From assembly GCF_009914755.1 (NCBI RefSeq), contig NC_060926.1: 64,000 nucleotides of DNA. One strand, 5' to 3'. The position numbers and the translations under genes are program-made. Origin of the DNA: the human T2T-CHM13v2.0 reference genome, Homo sapiens. Every line of letters starts with the position of its first letter. The stretch's first letter is position 1. The notes below the pieces were generated by a model. It was not told the DNA's origin. It did no database searches and saw only the letters and a program-made list of their open reading frames with translations. This document shows positions 27,561 through 44,406 of the stretch, piece by piece.

Positions 27561-28534
27561 GTTCTGGAAATATTGGAACTGTCAATTGAGATTTTATGTT
27601 ATCCAAAACAAATATTTTTCTTTGTTTTTAAACATCTACTTCCATCTACTTATCTACTTATTTTTACTTTTATTTGTAACTTAATTCCATGAAGGAGAGA
27701 GAGTGCATTTTCTGTTATGCTAAATTTTTGAAGAATGTATTGATTTTTTCTGACCTGATATATGGATGATATGTAGATAGTACATGTTTGTATTATCAAA
27801 TTTCAGGACGATAATAAAATAAATACTTATAATATTTATATTGTCACTGTATATTAGTTATTTTCTTTCTTCACTACAGGAGTTTTTCAACCTATAGGCT
27901 ATTTTTCAATTCTAGGTTATCCAGTAGATTTTGAAATGTTATGATTAATTATCTACTTCTCAAGCATTCATCTTTGCAAATGAAACAATCCCAAGCTCTT
28001 ATAATGCACATCATATAAAGGGCAGATTAGTCAATATATGGTTCAGAAATAATTATGTAATATTTATAAGAAAATTACAAATTTAGATCCTTAACTCAGA
28101 TAACAATAATCCAAATTAAAATTTGATTTCATTACATAATGTAAAATGACACCAGAATACTAGTAAAAATGTAGATAAGTTTATATAATCTTTTTCAGCT
28201 GTAGGACTTCATTTGCATAAATTCAAATACAGGAATCAAAGTAAGATTGAGACCTATTGTCAAAGGTTAAAATGTACACATTATAGGGGCATGATTAAAC
28301 TAATTTAAAGCATAATATCATGGAGAAATATTGCAAAACATACATTTTACTGAATTAATTGTTAATATCTAATCATTATGTGAGAACAAAATTAAAGAGT
28401 AGCTACACACCCACACACCGACACACAAGTGCAATATTGTCAAATAAAAGATGTGCAGCTACACTAGAAATCACACCTGTGTTTTCTTCACAGAAGAGTA
28501 AAGATTAAAAATCACAATAATATTTATTGTACAT

Positions 28535-29423
<889 letters not shown>

Positions 29424-30793
29424 GAGAAAAGACAAATATGTAGGTGACAAATAATATTTAGAGTGTAAGACTCTTTTTAAAGGTATATTTGCAATTTGTG
29501 TCAAAACATTTAAATATACATTTGTTATTTTAACTATAAAATTTCAAATAATTTAAGCCAAATACATAGTATATGCAGAAAATTTAGCAATATATCTATG
29601 TAGCACCTCACTGTGCATTACTGTAACCAGCCATCTAATATAAAGAATTAATTAAGGTAGCACCTACTTTTCAAATAGCGCATTTTTTCACAGACCTATT
29701 AAATGAGACAAATAACATTTAGACTTTACTTTTAAATGTGCAGAATAGTAGTTTTCAGCAGATGGTTTATTTTAGCAAATTCCATCTTCACATTGTGCTA
29801 TGCTTTTATGAGTTCCAGCTGTTAACGGATACTATTTTACTGCTGAAACTATCATGTGTGATGTAATTGCTCATCATGTGCCTTAAAACACAAGGAATAT
29901 AATTATTTTCAACTTGGAGCAAATTAAAATCTTATCAACAATTTAAAAACTCTAGAGTCGTCTTCTTCTGGTTAATTGTTTTAAACTTGTATTTTTCTCT
30001 TTATGTTTTTAGTGAGTTGTCTTATCAAGGAGAAGAACTCAAGCTGCTTATTCTTTTTTTTCTCTTCCATCCACCTCGCAGGTGTGTTAATAATTTCATT
30101 TCTCAGAAAATGTTCTTTCATATCCATCTTACAAGATGAGAGACCTTTTAACATCTTCCATTCGGATGTGATACCAGTAATGGAAAATATTCCAGCTTCA
30201 TGAATATGGTGATACAAATAGTTATCCGTCTAACCTCTTTCAGTGCCAAATGTTTACTTAACTCAGTGAATTACTCAGTTGACTGGTAATTTCTTCTGAA
30301 ATTGCTAATGAGAGGATCAGAGGTCTGGCTGTTGTCTGTACCTCATATGACTCCCAGTGCAGACAATTGTTTCTATGGAGCACAGACAGTTGAAAGGACT
30401 GACTTCCTGCCTGGAATAGTTTCTGCTGTGCTTCTTATCCTTCTTGTGGAGATTTCAGATTATCTGAATTGCTTTTCTAACTTAAGAAAAAACGCAACAA
30501 TTCTCCCACATGAGAGGAATGTAAACTGTAGTAAGTTAGCAGAACCAATCCGTAAAGTTTTTACATTGTTTGTTGCAAAATGCAGCGCTGGTGTCTCCAT
30601 CACTAACCTTTTCTATCCCTCAATGCTCTTTCTTTGACTGCAACAGGATACCTCTAGGCAAATCTGTATTCCCGAGACAGAGTGCCCTTTTGGTGAGCTA
30701 TAAGCACACTCAATGGTAGGCTGAAATACTAGCTTTTATCTATGGCGAAATGGAATCATATCGGTGATTTTTTTTAAAAGGAAATTTAACTCT

Positions 30794-30975
30794 TGCTATG
30801 GTTTGAATGCTTGCCCCTTCCAATCTCAGGTTAAAATTTGATCCCCAATATTGCAGGTGGGGCTTACTGGGAGGTGTTTGGTCATGGGGTTCGACCTTCA
30901 TGAATGGATAATACCCTCCCTTAGGAATCTAAAGCTATCCTCCCTCCTCGGTGCCCTCAGGAATGAGTGTACCAT
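30794..30975 (+). mobile_element. MST-type MaLR LTR 5' fragment
   Basis: tgctatggtttgaatg...aaatttgatccccaatattgcaggtggggcttactgggaggtgtttggtcatgggg. Confidence 0.75.
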
Positions 30976-31399
30976 TCTTTATTCACCTGTAATTCCCCCA
31001 CCCATCCTTTTTGAGATATTAATTACATGTATGTTACACTGCTGCATATTGTCTGACGTATCAGTGAGTTTCTGGCTTTCTTATTTTAGTTTACCCTTTG
31101 TCCTTTAGTTTGTAAAGCTTCTATTTTGTTCTATAAATTTTCTGATGTTAGGGTAAAATCCATTACTTATTCTATCTCATGGAATTTTTATTTAAAATAT
31201 TTATTTTTCATCTATACATGTCATATTTTTCATTTTATAACTTCTATTTTTCTCCTATGTTCAATTTTCATTTAAGTACCTTGACATATATATGTATTTA
31301 TCTATATGTATTTATAAAATATATTTACTTTAAGGACCTTGAAATTTCCTTCTTTTCTGTCATTTATAAATGACTTATTTTTATCCTGTTAATATATAT

Positions 31400-33260
31400 C
31401 TTAATTATATATATCTTACGGCTTCTTTGCATGTCAGAGTTTTTTTTGGGGGGGGGTATTTTGGTGTTATGCTATTGAATATCTAGATTTGATTGGCTAC
31501 CTTTGAACAATGTTGTGGCAGGCAGTTCAGTAACTTCAGGATGAGTATTTTTCTGTTGTTGCTTTAAATCTCCTCTTTAAAATTTGTTGAGTTAGTCTAG
31601 AGCCATCTGTAATTTGGAGCTAAATGAGCACTGTCACTAGGGCATGAACCTCCAGTGGTCTTTACTGAATATCCTGGAGGTACAGAGGGGATTCCCATCT
31701 CTGGCTGGTCACAACTAACGTGTCTTCCTGTCATGTGATGCCAGGGAAGTGTTCTTCTTCCAACTCCCTGGTAGAGTCTTTTGCTGAGCTCCTTAGAATT
31801 TCATCCTATGTACATTTGGCTTAGGGACTTGGGAGAATCCTTAGGCTGATTCTTGGTTCCTTTTTCTGTAAACGTTCTCTTCTACTACACATTCCAGCTA
31901 CTTAACCTTTTTTGATTTTTATCTGGTTCCTCAGTGCAATGACAATGTCTGCTGTCTCTGGGATTCTTCTCTACTGCTGTCACGGAGAATCTGGGAATAA
32001 TGCAGGACTCATTCTGGCTCCTTCTCTTCTCTTGCAGAGCACAGTCCTGCGCTGCCGATGTTCAGTACTTCAAAAAAATGTTTCATATATTTTGTCCTGT
32101 TTACTATTCTTTAACTCGAAAAGAGTAACTCCAGTCCAAGTTACAGCATCATGTTCTGTAACTCTACTCCTTGTTGCTTCATTCTGCCATTGTCTGGTAT
32201 GATCTCCCCTTTCCCTTCTGTAATCAGGCCAAGAGCATAATATAATACTAGTTAAAACTGCACAGCTTGCCTCCGTTGTGTAAAAAAATCACTGAGACTT
32301 AACTGTGTCCAACTTTTAAAATGTGAATATAAGTACAACTAAAGCTATATTTTGGTTAATATTTGCATTGCATGCTTTTCCATTATTTACTTTCAACATA
32401 TGTGAAATATGAATATAAATTATAAAAACTTTAAGAGAGTCCATTTAAAAAATCTGGTCTGGTTATATTTTACCTGGTTTAATACAACGTGTATTCTTGG
32501 ATTCAGGGTCTAATGTAATTGGTCCATTTGTCTATTTGCAAAAAAAAAAAAAAAAAAAAAAAAAAACTTGACAATATTTTAAAATTAATTTATCCAACTC
32601 ACAACTTATATGCTTCTGCCATTGTACGGAAGATATATTTTAAACTTTATGAGATAGCATTCTGTTATACAGTCGATATCCAATTAAATTTCTCTCTATG
32701 TTTATTTCTTTCATTAAAAAAATTGTTCTTCTAAATGCAAATTTTCATCAGGGATCATGGCTCTTCTACCTGAAGAATAATGTTTAGTATTTCTTTTCCT
32801 GTGTGTCTGCTTGGGAGAAATTCTTTATTGTATCTTTGTTTTGATGGATATGTCCACCAAGTAGACAGTTCTAGGTCAGCACTTATTTTATTTCAGGACT
32901 TGAAAGATATCAGTACCTCACTTGTTGGCTTTCGTTGTTTCATTTGAGAAAGTTGTTATCAGTCAACTCTTTCTCTTTGTAGTTAGTCCAATTTTTTTTT
33001 TTTATCAAGTGCTCTTTACATTTTTCTTTTACTTTTCAGAAATTGCCCCATTATGTTTCTAGATGTGTCCTCTGTGTGTGTTTTCCTTTGCTTTGAAAAG
33101 TCTCCTGAACCTGAGGTTTAATATTATTGGTCAATTTTGATAAAACCTCTAACATTGCCACTTAAAATGCTGTTCAGACAAGCTGTTTTCTCCTTCTTAG
33201 ATTTCAACGTGTTAGATTATTACTCTATCCTTCATATTTTTTAAATGACCTTTCTCTACT
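31400..33260 (-). mobile_element. Ancient L1M 5' fragments
   Basis: ttctacctgaagaata...tttagtatttctt...aaattcttta...ttcaggacttgaaagatat...ttgagaaagttgttatcagtc antisense ORF1-like pattern; boundaries approximate. Confidence 0.45.
32540..32566. repeat. Poly(A)27 homopolymer
   Basis: 27 consecutive A. Confidence 0.9.
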
Positions 33261-33527
33261 ATTTTTTTAAGTTGGTTAATGTGTATTAGTGTATATTTTG
33301 TTTTATTTTATTTTATTTTATTATTATACCTTAAGTTTTAGGATACATGTGCACAATGTGCAGGTTTTTAACATAAGGGTTCATGTGCCATGTTGCTGTG
33401 CTGCACCCATTAACTCGTCATTTAGCATTAGGTATATCTCCTAATGCTATCCCTCCCCACTCCCCCCACCCCACAACAGTCCCCGAAGTGTGATGTACCC
33501 CTTCCTGTGTCCGTGTGTTCTCATTGT

Positions 33528-37347
<3,820 letters not shown>

Positions 37348-37410
37348 TATGATGTTAGCTGGTTATTTTGCTCGTTAGTTGATGCAGTTTCTTCCTAGTC
37401 TTGATGGTCT

Positions 37411-38420
37411 TTACAATTTGGCATGTTTTCGCAGTGGCTGGTACCAGTTGTTCCTTTCCATGTTTAGTGCTTCCTTCAGGAGCTCTTTTAGGGCAGGCCT
37501 GGTGGTGATAAAATTTCTGAGCATTTGCTTGTCTGTAAAGGATTTTATTTCTCCTTCACTTATGAAGCTTAGTTTGGCTGGATATGAAATTCTGGGTTGA
37601 AAATTACTTTCTTTAAGAATGTTGAATATTGGCCCCCACTCTCTTCTGGCTTGAAGAGTTTCTGCTGAGAGATCAGCTGTTAGTCTGATGGGCTTCCCTT
37701 TGTGGGTAACCGGACCTTTCTCTCTGGCTGCCCTTAACATTTTTTCCTTCATTTCATCTTTGGTGAATTTGACAATTATGTGTCTTGGAGTTCCTCTTCT
37801 TAAGGAGTATCCTTGTGGCGTTCTCTGTGTTTCCTGAATCTGAATGTTGGCCTGCCTTACTAGATTGGGGAAGTCCTCCTGGATAATATCTTGCAGAGTG
37901 TTTTCCAACTTAGTTCCATTCTCCCCGTCACTTTCAGCTACACCAATCAGACGTAGGTTTGGTCTTTTCACATAGTCCCATAATTCCTGGAGGCTTTGTT
38001 CATTTCTTCTTATTCTTTTTTCTCTAAACTTCCCTTCTCCCTTCATTTCATTCATTTCATCTTCCATCACTGATACCTTTTCTTCCAGTTGATTGCATTG
38101 GCTCCTGAGGCTTCTGCCTTCTTCACGTAGTTCTCGAAACTTGGCTTTCAGCTCCATCAGATCCTTTAAGCATTTGTCTGCATTGGTTATTCCAGTTATA
38201 CACTCGTCTAATTGTTTTTCAAAGTTTTTAACTTCTTTGCTATTGGTTTGAATTTCCTCCTGTAGCTCACAGTAGTTTGATCATCTGAAGCCTTCTTCTC
38301 TCAAATCATCAAAGTTATTCTCTGTCCAGTTTTGTTGCTGGTGAGGAACTGCGTTCCTTTGGAGAAGGAGAGGCACTCTGCTTTTTAGAGTTTCCAGTTT
38401 TTCTGTTTTCTCCCTATCTT
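37411..38420 (-). pseudogene. L1 ORF1 (RNA-binding chaperone), N-terminus disrupted
   Basis: ORF 37411..38157 contains RNEQSLQELWDYVKRPNLRLIG, PRHIIVKF and YPAKLSF; the upstream part is not open in frame. Confidence 0.93.
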
Positions 38421-38993
38421 TGTGGTTTTATCAACTTTTGGTCTTTGATGATGGTGATGTACAGATGGGTTTTTGGTGTGGGTGTCCTTTCTGTTTGTCA
38501 GTTTTCCTTCTAACAGACACGACCCTCAGCTGCAGGTCTGTTGGAGTTTTCTAGAGGTCCACGCCAGATCCTGTTTGCCTGGGTATCAGCAGCGGTGGCT
38601 GCAGAACAGCGGATTTTCGTGAATCACAAATTCAGCTATCTGATCATTCCTCTGGAAGTTTGGTCTCAGAGGACTACCCGGCCGAGTGAGGTGTCAGTCT
38701 GTCCCTACTGGAGGGTGCCTCCCAGTTGGGCTGCTTGGGGTTCAGTGACCCACTTTAGGAGGCAGTCTGCCCATTCTCAGATCTCCAGTTGCGTGCTGGG
38801 AGAACCACTACTCTCTTCAAAGTTGTCAGACAGGGACATTTAAGTCTGCAGAGGTTACTGCTGACTTTTTGTGTGTCTGTGCCCTGCCCCCAGAGGTGGA
38901 GCCTACAGAGGCAGGCAGGCCTCCTGGAGCTGTTGTGGGCTCCACCCAGTTCCAGCTGCCTGGCTGCTTTGTTTACCTAAGAAAGCCTGGGCA

Positions 38994-39248
38994 ATGGCGG
39001 GTCCCACTCCACCAGCCTCGCTGCTGCCTTGCAGTTTGATCTCAGAGTGCTGTGCTAGCAATCAGCAAGACTCCATTGGCATAAGACCCTCTGAGCCAGG
39101 TGCGGGACACAATCTCCTGGTGTGCTGTTTTCCAAGCCTGTTGGAAAAGTACAGTATTAGGTTGAGAGTGACCCTATTTTCCAGGTGCAGTCTGTCACCC
39201 CTTTCTTTGACTAGGAAAGGGAACTCCCTGACCCCTTGTGCTTTCTGA
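38994..39248 (+). CDS. L1 antisense ORF0-like reading frame (84 aa)
   Basis: ATG in gcaATGg context; MAGPTPPASLLPCSLISECCASNQQDSIGIRPSEPGAGHNLLVCCF...TLFSRC resembles primate L1 ORF0 (MAGAPPPASLPPCSLISDCCASNQRDSVGVGPSEPG). Expression unknown. Confidence 0.6.
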   Translation: MAGPTPPASLLPCSLISECCASNQQDSIGIRPSEPGAGHNLLVCCFPSLLEKYSIRLRVTLFSRCSLSPLSLTRKGNSLTPCAF

Positions 39249-39447
39249 GTGAGGCAATGCCTCTCCCTGCTTCGGCTCCCACATGGTGCACTGCATCCAC
39301 TGTCCTGCACCCACTGTTTGGCACTCCCTTAGTGAGATGAACCCGGTACCTCAGATGGAAATGCAGAAATCACCCGTCTTCTGCGTCGCTCACGCTGGGA
39401 GCTGTAGACCAGAGCTGTTCCTATTCAGCCATCTTGGCTCCACCCCT

Positions 39448-39995
39448 CATTTCATTATTTCATCATTTCACTTCATTTTGTCATTTCATTTCATCATTTC
39501 ATACCATTTCTTCATTTCATCATTTCATCTTTTCATTTCATTTCATCATTTCATTTCATTTCACCATTTCACTTCATCATTTCATTTCAGCATTTCATTT
39601 CATTTCCTCATTTCATTTCACCATTTCATCATTTCATTTCATCATTCCATTTCATCATTCCATTTCATCATTTCATCTTTTCATTTCATTTCATCATTTC
39701 ATTTCATTTCATTTCACCATTTCACTTCATCATTTCATTTCAGCATTTCATTTCATTTCCTCATTTCATTTCACCATTTCATCATTTCATTTCATCATTC
39801 CATTTCATCATTTCATCATTTCATTTCATTTCAGCATTTCATTTCATTTCACCATTTCATCTCATCTCATCATTTCATTTCATTTCATCATTTTGTCATT
39901 TCATTTCATTTCTTCATTTCATCATTTCGTTTCATCATTTCATCATTTCATTTCATTTCATGTCATCATTTCATCATTTCATTTCATTTCATTTC
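39448..39995 (+). repeat. (CATTT)n / (CATTTCAT)n pentamer-based satellite island
   Basis: ~550 bp of cattt units with cat insertions and an internal ~150 bp tandem duplication. Confidence 0.93.
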
Positions 39996-40884
39996 GGTGA
40001 TACATGTATTTAAGTGCTAATGTGATGCCCAGGAGACACCCTATTTCCCTTTGTAAAACACCTCCTTCAACAGAAGTCAACCTCTCATGGCTGGCTAAGT
40101 CTACAGGTATACCAGCCTCTCTTCAACCACCCAATTTGATTCAGAACCTCAAACAGCACCTCAGTTTCATAAAAACCTAAAACATAAACACAACACTTGG
40201 TTGTAAGTGAGCCAACAGTTTCTTGTCTCTTTCTCTGCTCAAGGCTTAAGGCCGTGTCTACCCAACTATGTTCAGTGGAAGAAAAGATCCCCTGGACAAA
40301 TAAGTTTGAGAACTGTTTTTGCAGGACTTCTCAGAACCTTTAAAACACAAATCGTCATCCGCAGGGATCTTCAGGAGGGAGATGGCTGATGCAGCACAAA
40401 TTTCTTTCACAGGAGTATCTTGCAGAATACAGTATGAGACACACAAAGGCTGCATTGAGTCTTTTTAAGGGCCTGGGCCTTTGTGGCATTGGGGTAGGAG
40501 CTCTCCAGATAGCATCTAATGAGTAGAAACATTCAGGTTGCGTTTTTTTTCCTTACTGGCAAAACTGTGTGTGCATCATGAATGAAGCCGGTCTCCCTTA
40601 TCCATATCAAAACTAAACCCCAATTAATTGGCTAAATTGGGACTCAACACCTCCAGGAGCCATGCGGAAGAAAGCCCCACCACACTTTAAAGTAGCTTAC
40701 CTCATATTTGATGAAAGCAAAACGCTTATGACCAGTGTGCTGCTAATACAAGTCAACAGATAATGCTGTATGAAAAATTATTTTTCCCAATCATAGCTAG
40801 CATAGTCCACATTTTGCATTATACTTTCCCCCCCTTTTTTTTAAATTTTAAACACTGGTCCTTTTCTTTCCTTTTTTTAAATAT

Positions 40885-41014
40885 TAATTTAATTATACAA
40901 GACAGAGTCTCAGTATGTTGCCAAGGCTGGTCTTCAACTCCTGAGCTCAAGCGATACATCCGTCTCTGCCTCCCAAAGTGCTGAGATTACAGGCCTGAGA
41001 CACTGTGCCTGGCC
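40885..41014 (-). mobile_element. Alu monomer (FLAM_C / AluJ left arm)
   Basis: gacagagtctcagtatgttgccaaggctggtcttcaactcctgagctcaagcgat...cccaaagtgctgagattacagg...gcctggcc. Confidence 0.85.
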
Positions 41015-41378
41015 TTAAACACAAATCTTAATTCATTCTTACAATTATCCTGAGGTTAGAAAAATGGAAGGGGAAGAAAAATGGCAAGCAGGTAGGCTGA
41101 CTTCGGCTTCATTATTTGGAAGGACAGTTTGCTCCATTAAAACACACTGCTGCCCACAAAAGCCAAGACAACAGAAACATACAGACATATAAATAGATTT
41201 TATATGTGACAGCGGTTTGAATGGAAACTTTTTCAATACAAATGACAAACAGCTGTCCTTGGGAATAAATGACAACGAATTTTTTTATCTCAACACCTGT
41301 CCTGAGAGCACGTCTCTACACCTCTACCTGCATTCTGGAGTCAGGGAGAAAGTCAAAACGGACGACAAGACACTAGAT

Positions 41379-41570
41379 CAGCTGTGTCCAACCCTTTGAC
41401 TACAAGGACTTTTCAGCCTATCTGTGGTGGTGGGTATCATGAAAATTATGCACAAACCTTTTTTTCTTTAAGCTCCTCAGCTATCATTAGCAGTAGTGTA
41501 TTTTATCTGTGGCCCAGGAGCATTCTTCTTCCAATGTGGCCCTGAGAAGCCAAAAGACTGGACACCTGTG
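41379..41570. mobile_element. MER30(B) hAT MITE with perfect 8-bp TSD
   Basis: TIR-like ends cagctgtgtccaa ... ctggacacctgtg, internal agctcctcagctatcattag...ttcttcttccaatgtggccc; cactagat duplicated at 41371-41378 and 41571-41578. Confidence 0.88.
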
Positions 41571-41689
41571 CACTAGATCAAAAGGCTACTCCTTCTGGAA
41601 GCAATTGTAAAGAATTTCTGACATTATCTTGACATGAAAACCAATCGATAGTGAGACAGAATGTAAAATCTTCAAGAATTTTTCTTGTT

Positions 41690-41956
41690 GGTTTTTCTTT
41701 TTTGAGTCAAGGTGTTGCTGTGTGGCCCAGGCTGGAATACACTGGTGAGATCACAGCTCAGTGCAGGCTCAAGTGCTCCTCCCTCCTCAGCCACAGTAGT
41801 AGGTAGGACTACAGATGTGCACAACCACCCCTGGCTACTATTTTTTTTTTTTTTTTTGTAGAGACGGGGTCTCACTATGTTGTCCAGATTGGTCTCAAAC
41901 TCCTTGACTCAAGTGATCCAGGACAGGATAACAGGCGTGAGCCACCACACCTGGCC
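41690..41956 (-). mobile_element. AluJ (internally deleted)
   Basis: gcccaggctggaat...atcacagctcagtgcag...gtagagacggggtctcactatgttg...ggcgtgagccaccacacctggcc. Confidence 0.85.
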
Positions 41957-42427
41957 ATGTGCATGAACTTTTAAGACAAACACAAGGCCCCACAAAAGTT
42001 AAGGTTTTCCCACCTAATTTCCAGGAGATCTTTTGGTGCAAGGATGAGAAACCCTTAAAAGTACACAGAAAACTCCAAAGATTCAAGAGAGTTCATTCGG
42101 GCTGAGCCAGCCCACTGGGCAGACTGACCTTCAAACAAGGCCCACCCATGACATACACCAGATGGCTCTCCAAGAATCTCTCTAGTTCTCAGGGTCCCTA
42201 AGGTACTGGACAGAGCTAGGGAGGCAAACCCATTTGCTTCTTCCTGCAGGAAACCCCTTGAGGTCAAGACCCCACAATCAGACGAGGATGGAGTGGCTCA
42301 CCCTCAGTCAACAGGCCAGACTCAAGGTGTTATAATGTCTTAACCAAGGGTGCGGGCCTCCAGGTCTGACTCCCAACTCAGTGCTCCTTTAATAACCACT
42401 CTTTGTTAATTCTCCTTAACAGGGGTT

Positions 42428-42497
42428 CCTGGCAAGTCATTTCTCCCTCAGGCCTTCGGTTTCCTCACCTACAAGATGAGAGGGCTGGACCAGATGG
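42428..42497 (+). mobile_element. MIR core fragment in KSR1 intron-1-like sequence
   Basis: ggcaagtcatttctccctcaggccttcggtttcctcacctacaagatgagagggctggaccagatg. Confidence 0.65.
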
Positions 42498-42780
42498 CAA
42501 TTCAGGGGGTAAGGGGATGTCCGCGTGCAGCCCACCCCGCCCATGGGCCCCTTGAGCATCCATCACAGTTCCCAACACGCAACCGCTCCACAAATCCTGC
42601 CCAAGGTGAGGGCTGGTCCCAGGTCCTCCGGCTGCCGCATCAGCGAGTGCAGGAGGGAGGAGAAGCCTCCAAAGGGGCGACGTGGGCTCAAGGATGCAAC
42701 TCGGCCAGGAGTGAACTGGGGCCCAGATGGAGGTGTCCAGTCTGGTGCTGGAGCCCAGCCCTGGTCCCTGACCCCCTTAC

Positions 42781-43011
42781 CTCCAGGGTCCGTATCTCCT
42801 GCTGGGTGAGGTCCTTGGACACAGCGCACTTGGTGCGCAGCCCGCGCAGGCTGCCAACGGAGATGCCGATGAGCTTCTGGAGCTGCCCGCACTGCTGCAG
42901 CGCCCGGCTGGCCGCGGCCCCTGTGCCTCCCTACGCGATAGCCGCGTCACCCCCGCCACTGCCCTCCTTCTTCTCTCCCATTGCAGCCGAGCGCAGCGCC
43001 GCTCTATGCGG
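42781..43011 (-). pseudogene. KSR1: Unprocessed KSR1 exon-1 pseudogene fragment (KSR1P1-like paralog)
   Basis: Manual minus-strand translation [76 protein letters not shown] matches KSR1 residues 1-77 ([77 protein letters not shown]). TAG at 42933-42931, first codon reads CCG, GTAAGG donor at 42780-42775. Confidence 0.93.
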
Positions 43012-43163
43012 GCTGCAGCAGCCCAGGAGCGGAGCCCTGGGCGCCGGCGTCTAGGCAAGGAACCCCTGATTCGGGAGAGCTGGACCAGGAGCGCCCCTTG
43101 GCGCTGCCTTAGTCAGGACGCCGGTAGAGCTGGCAGCCAAGTCTGCGGATCCAGCCCTCAGAC

Positions 43164-44406
43164 CCGCGGCGGTGGGGGCAAAAAACTGCAGCGGTGGGCG
43201 CAAAAAGCCGGGGCGGTGGGGGAAAAGGCCAGGGCGACGGGGGCAACAAGCCATGGCGGCGGGGTCAAAAAGCCGCGGTGGCGGAGGCAAAAAGCTGTGG
43301 TGGCGGAGGCAAAAAGCTACGGTGATGGGCACAAAAAGCCGTAAAAAGCCGCAGCATTGGGGGCAAAAAGCCGCGACGGCGGGGGCAAAAAGCCGCGGCG
43401 GCAAAAAGATGCGGCGGCGGGGGCAGAAAGCGGCTGCGGGGGGAGGGGGGCAAAAAGCAGGGGCGGCAAAAAGCCGCGGCGGGAAAAATCTGCGGCGGCG
43501 GGGGAAAAAAGCCGCGGCGGCGGGCACCAAAAGCCCCAAAAAGCGGCGGCGACGGGTGCCAAAAGCCGCAAAAAACCACGGCTGAGGGGGCAAAAAGCCA
43601 CGGCGGCAAAAAGCCACGACAGCGGGGATATAAAGCCGCAAAAACCCTCGTCGGCAGGGGCAGAAAGCCGCAGCGGCGGGGGTAAAAAGCAACGGGGGCG
43701 GGGGCAAAAACCCGCGGCGGCGGGGGCAAAAAGCGGCGGGGGTGATAAAAACCCGCGGCGGCGGGGGCAGGAAGCCGCATACGGGGCAAAACTCCGCGGT
43801 GGCAGGTGCAAATAGCCGCAAATAGCCGCGGCGGTGGGGGCAAAAAGCCCGGGCGGTGGGGGCAAGAAGCCGGGGCAGGAGAAACCTGCGGCGACAGGGG
43901 AAAAAAGTCGCGGCGGCGGGGGCCAAAAGCCGCGGCGGCAAAAAGCCGCAAAAAGCCGGGGCGGCGGGGGCAAGAAGCCGCGGCGGGAAAAACCTGCGGC
44001 GGCGGGGGCGAAAAGCCGTAAAAAGCCACGGCGCCGGGGGCCAAAAGTCATAAAAAGCCGCGGCGGCGGTGGCAAAAAGCCGCGGCGGAAAAAGTCGCGG
44101 TGGCGGGGGCAAAAAGCTGCAGCGGCAGGGGGAAAAAAGCCGCAAAAAGCCGCGGCGGTGGGGGGAGAAAGACGCAAAAAGCTGCGGCGGCAAAAAGCCG
44201 CGGCTGCGAGGGCAAAGATCCCCAAAAAGCCGCGGCAGCAGGGGCTAAATTCCGCGAGGCCGGGGGCAGAAAGCCGTGGTGGCCGGGGCAGAAAGCAACG
44301 GAGGCGGGGGCAAAAAGTCGAGGCGGCGGAGGCATAAAGCCGCAAAAACCCGCAGCAGCGGGGGCAAAAATCCATGGCGGCAAAAAGCCGCGTCGGCGGG
44401 GGCAAA
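43164..44406 (+). repeat. Second GGGCAAAAAGCCG-type GC-rich tandem array (~1.24 kb)
   Basis: Same unit and orientation as 6161-9344; more diverged, with aaaagccgcaaaaagcc / aaaagccgtaaaaagcc variants. Confidence 0.92.

Larger units (their letters stand above)
42480..44406. promoter_or_regulatory. CpG island (KSR1 exon 1 / 5'UTR plus GC-rich array 2)
   Basis: Sharp rise in GC and CpG content relative to the AT-rich, CpG-poor flanks; promoter activity is only inferred. Confidence 0.6.

Noticed and set aside
39283-40020. His/Phe-rich ORFs (245, 188 aa)
   Set aside because: They are translations of the (CATTT)n satellite; the MEWNG/FHSIP ORFs at 62737-63447 are likewise HSat translations.
42931-42981. 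Functional truncated KSR1 CC-SAM peptide
   Set aside because: From the remaining ATG (42981) only 16 codons precede the TAG; no downstream KSR1 exons were recognised.
42476-43058. ORFs 42476..43054(+), 42563..42892(-), 42777..43058(-) as novel genes
   Set aside because: They are antisense or alternative frames of the GC-rich KSR1 exon; the real KSR1 frame has a TAG and is missing from the ORF track.
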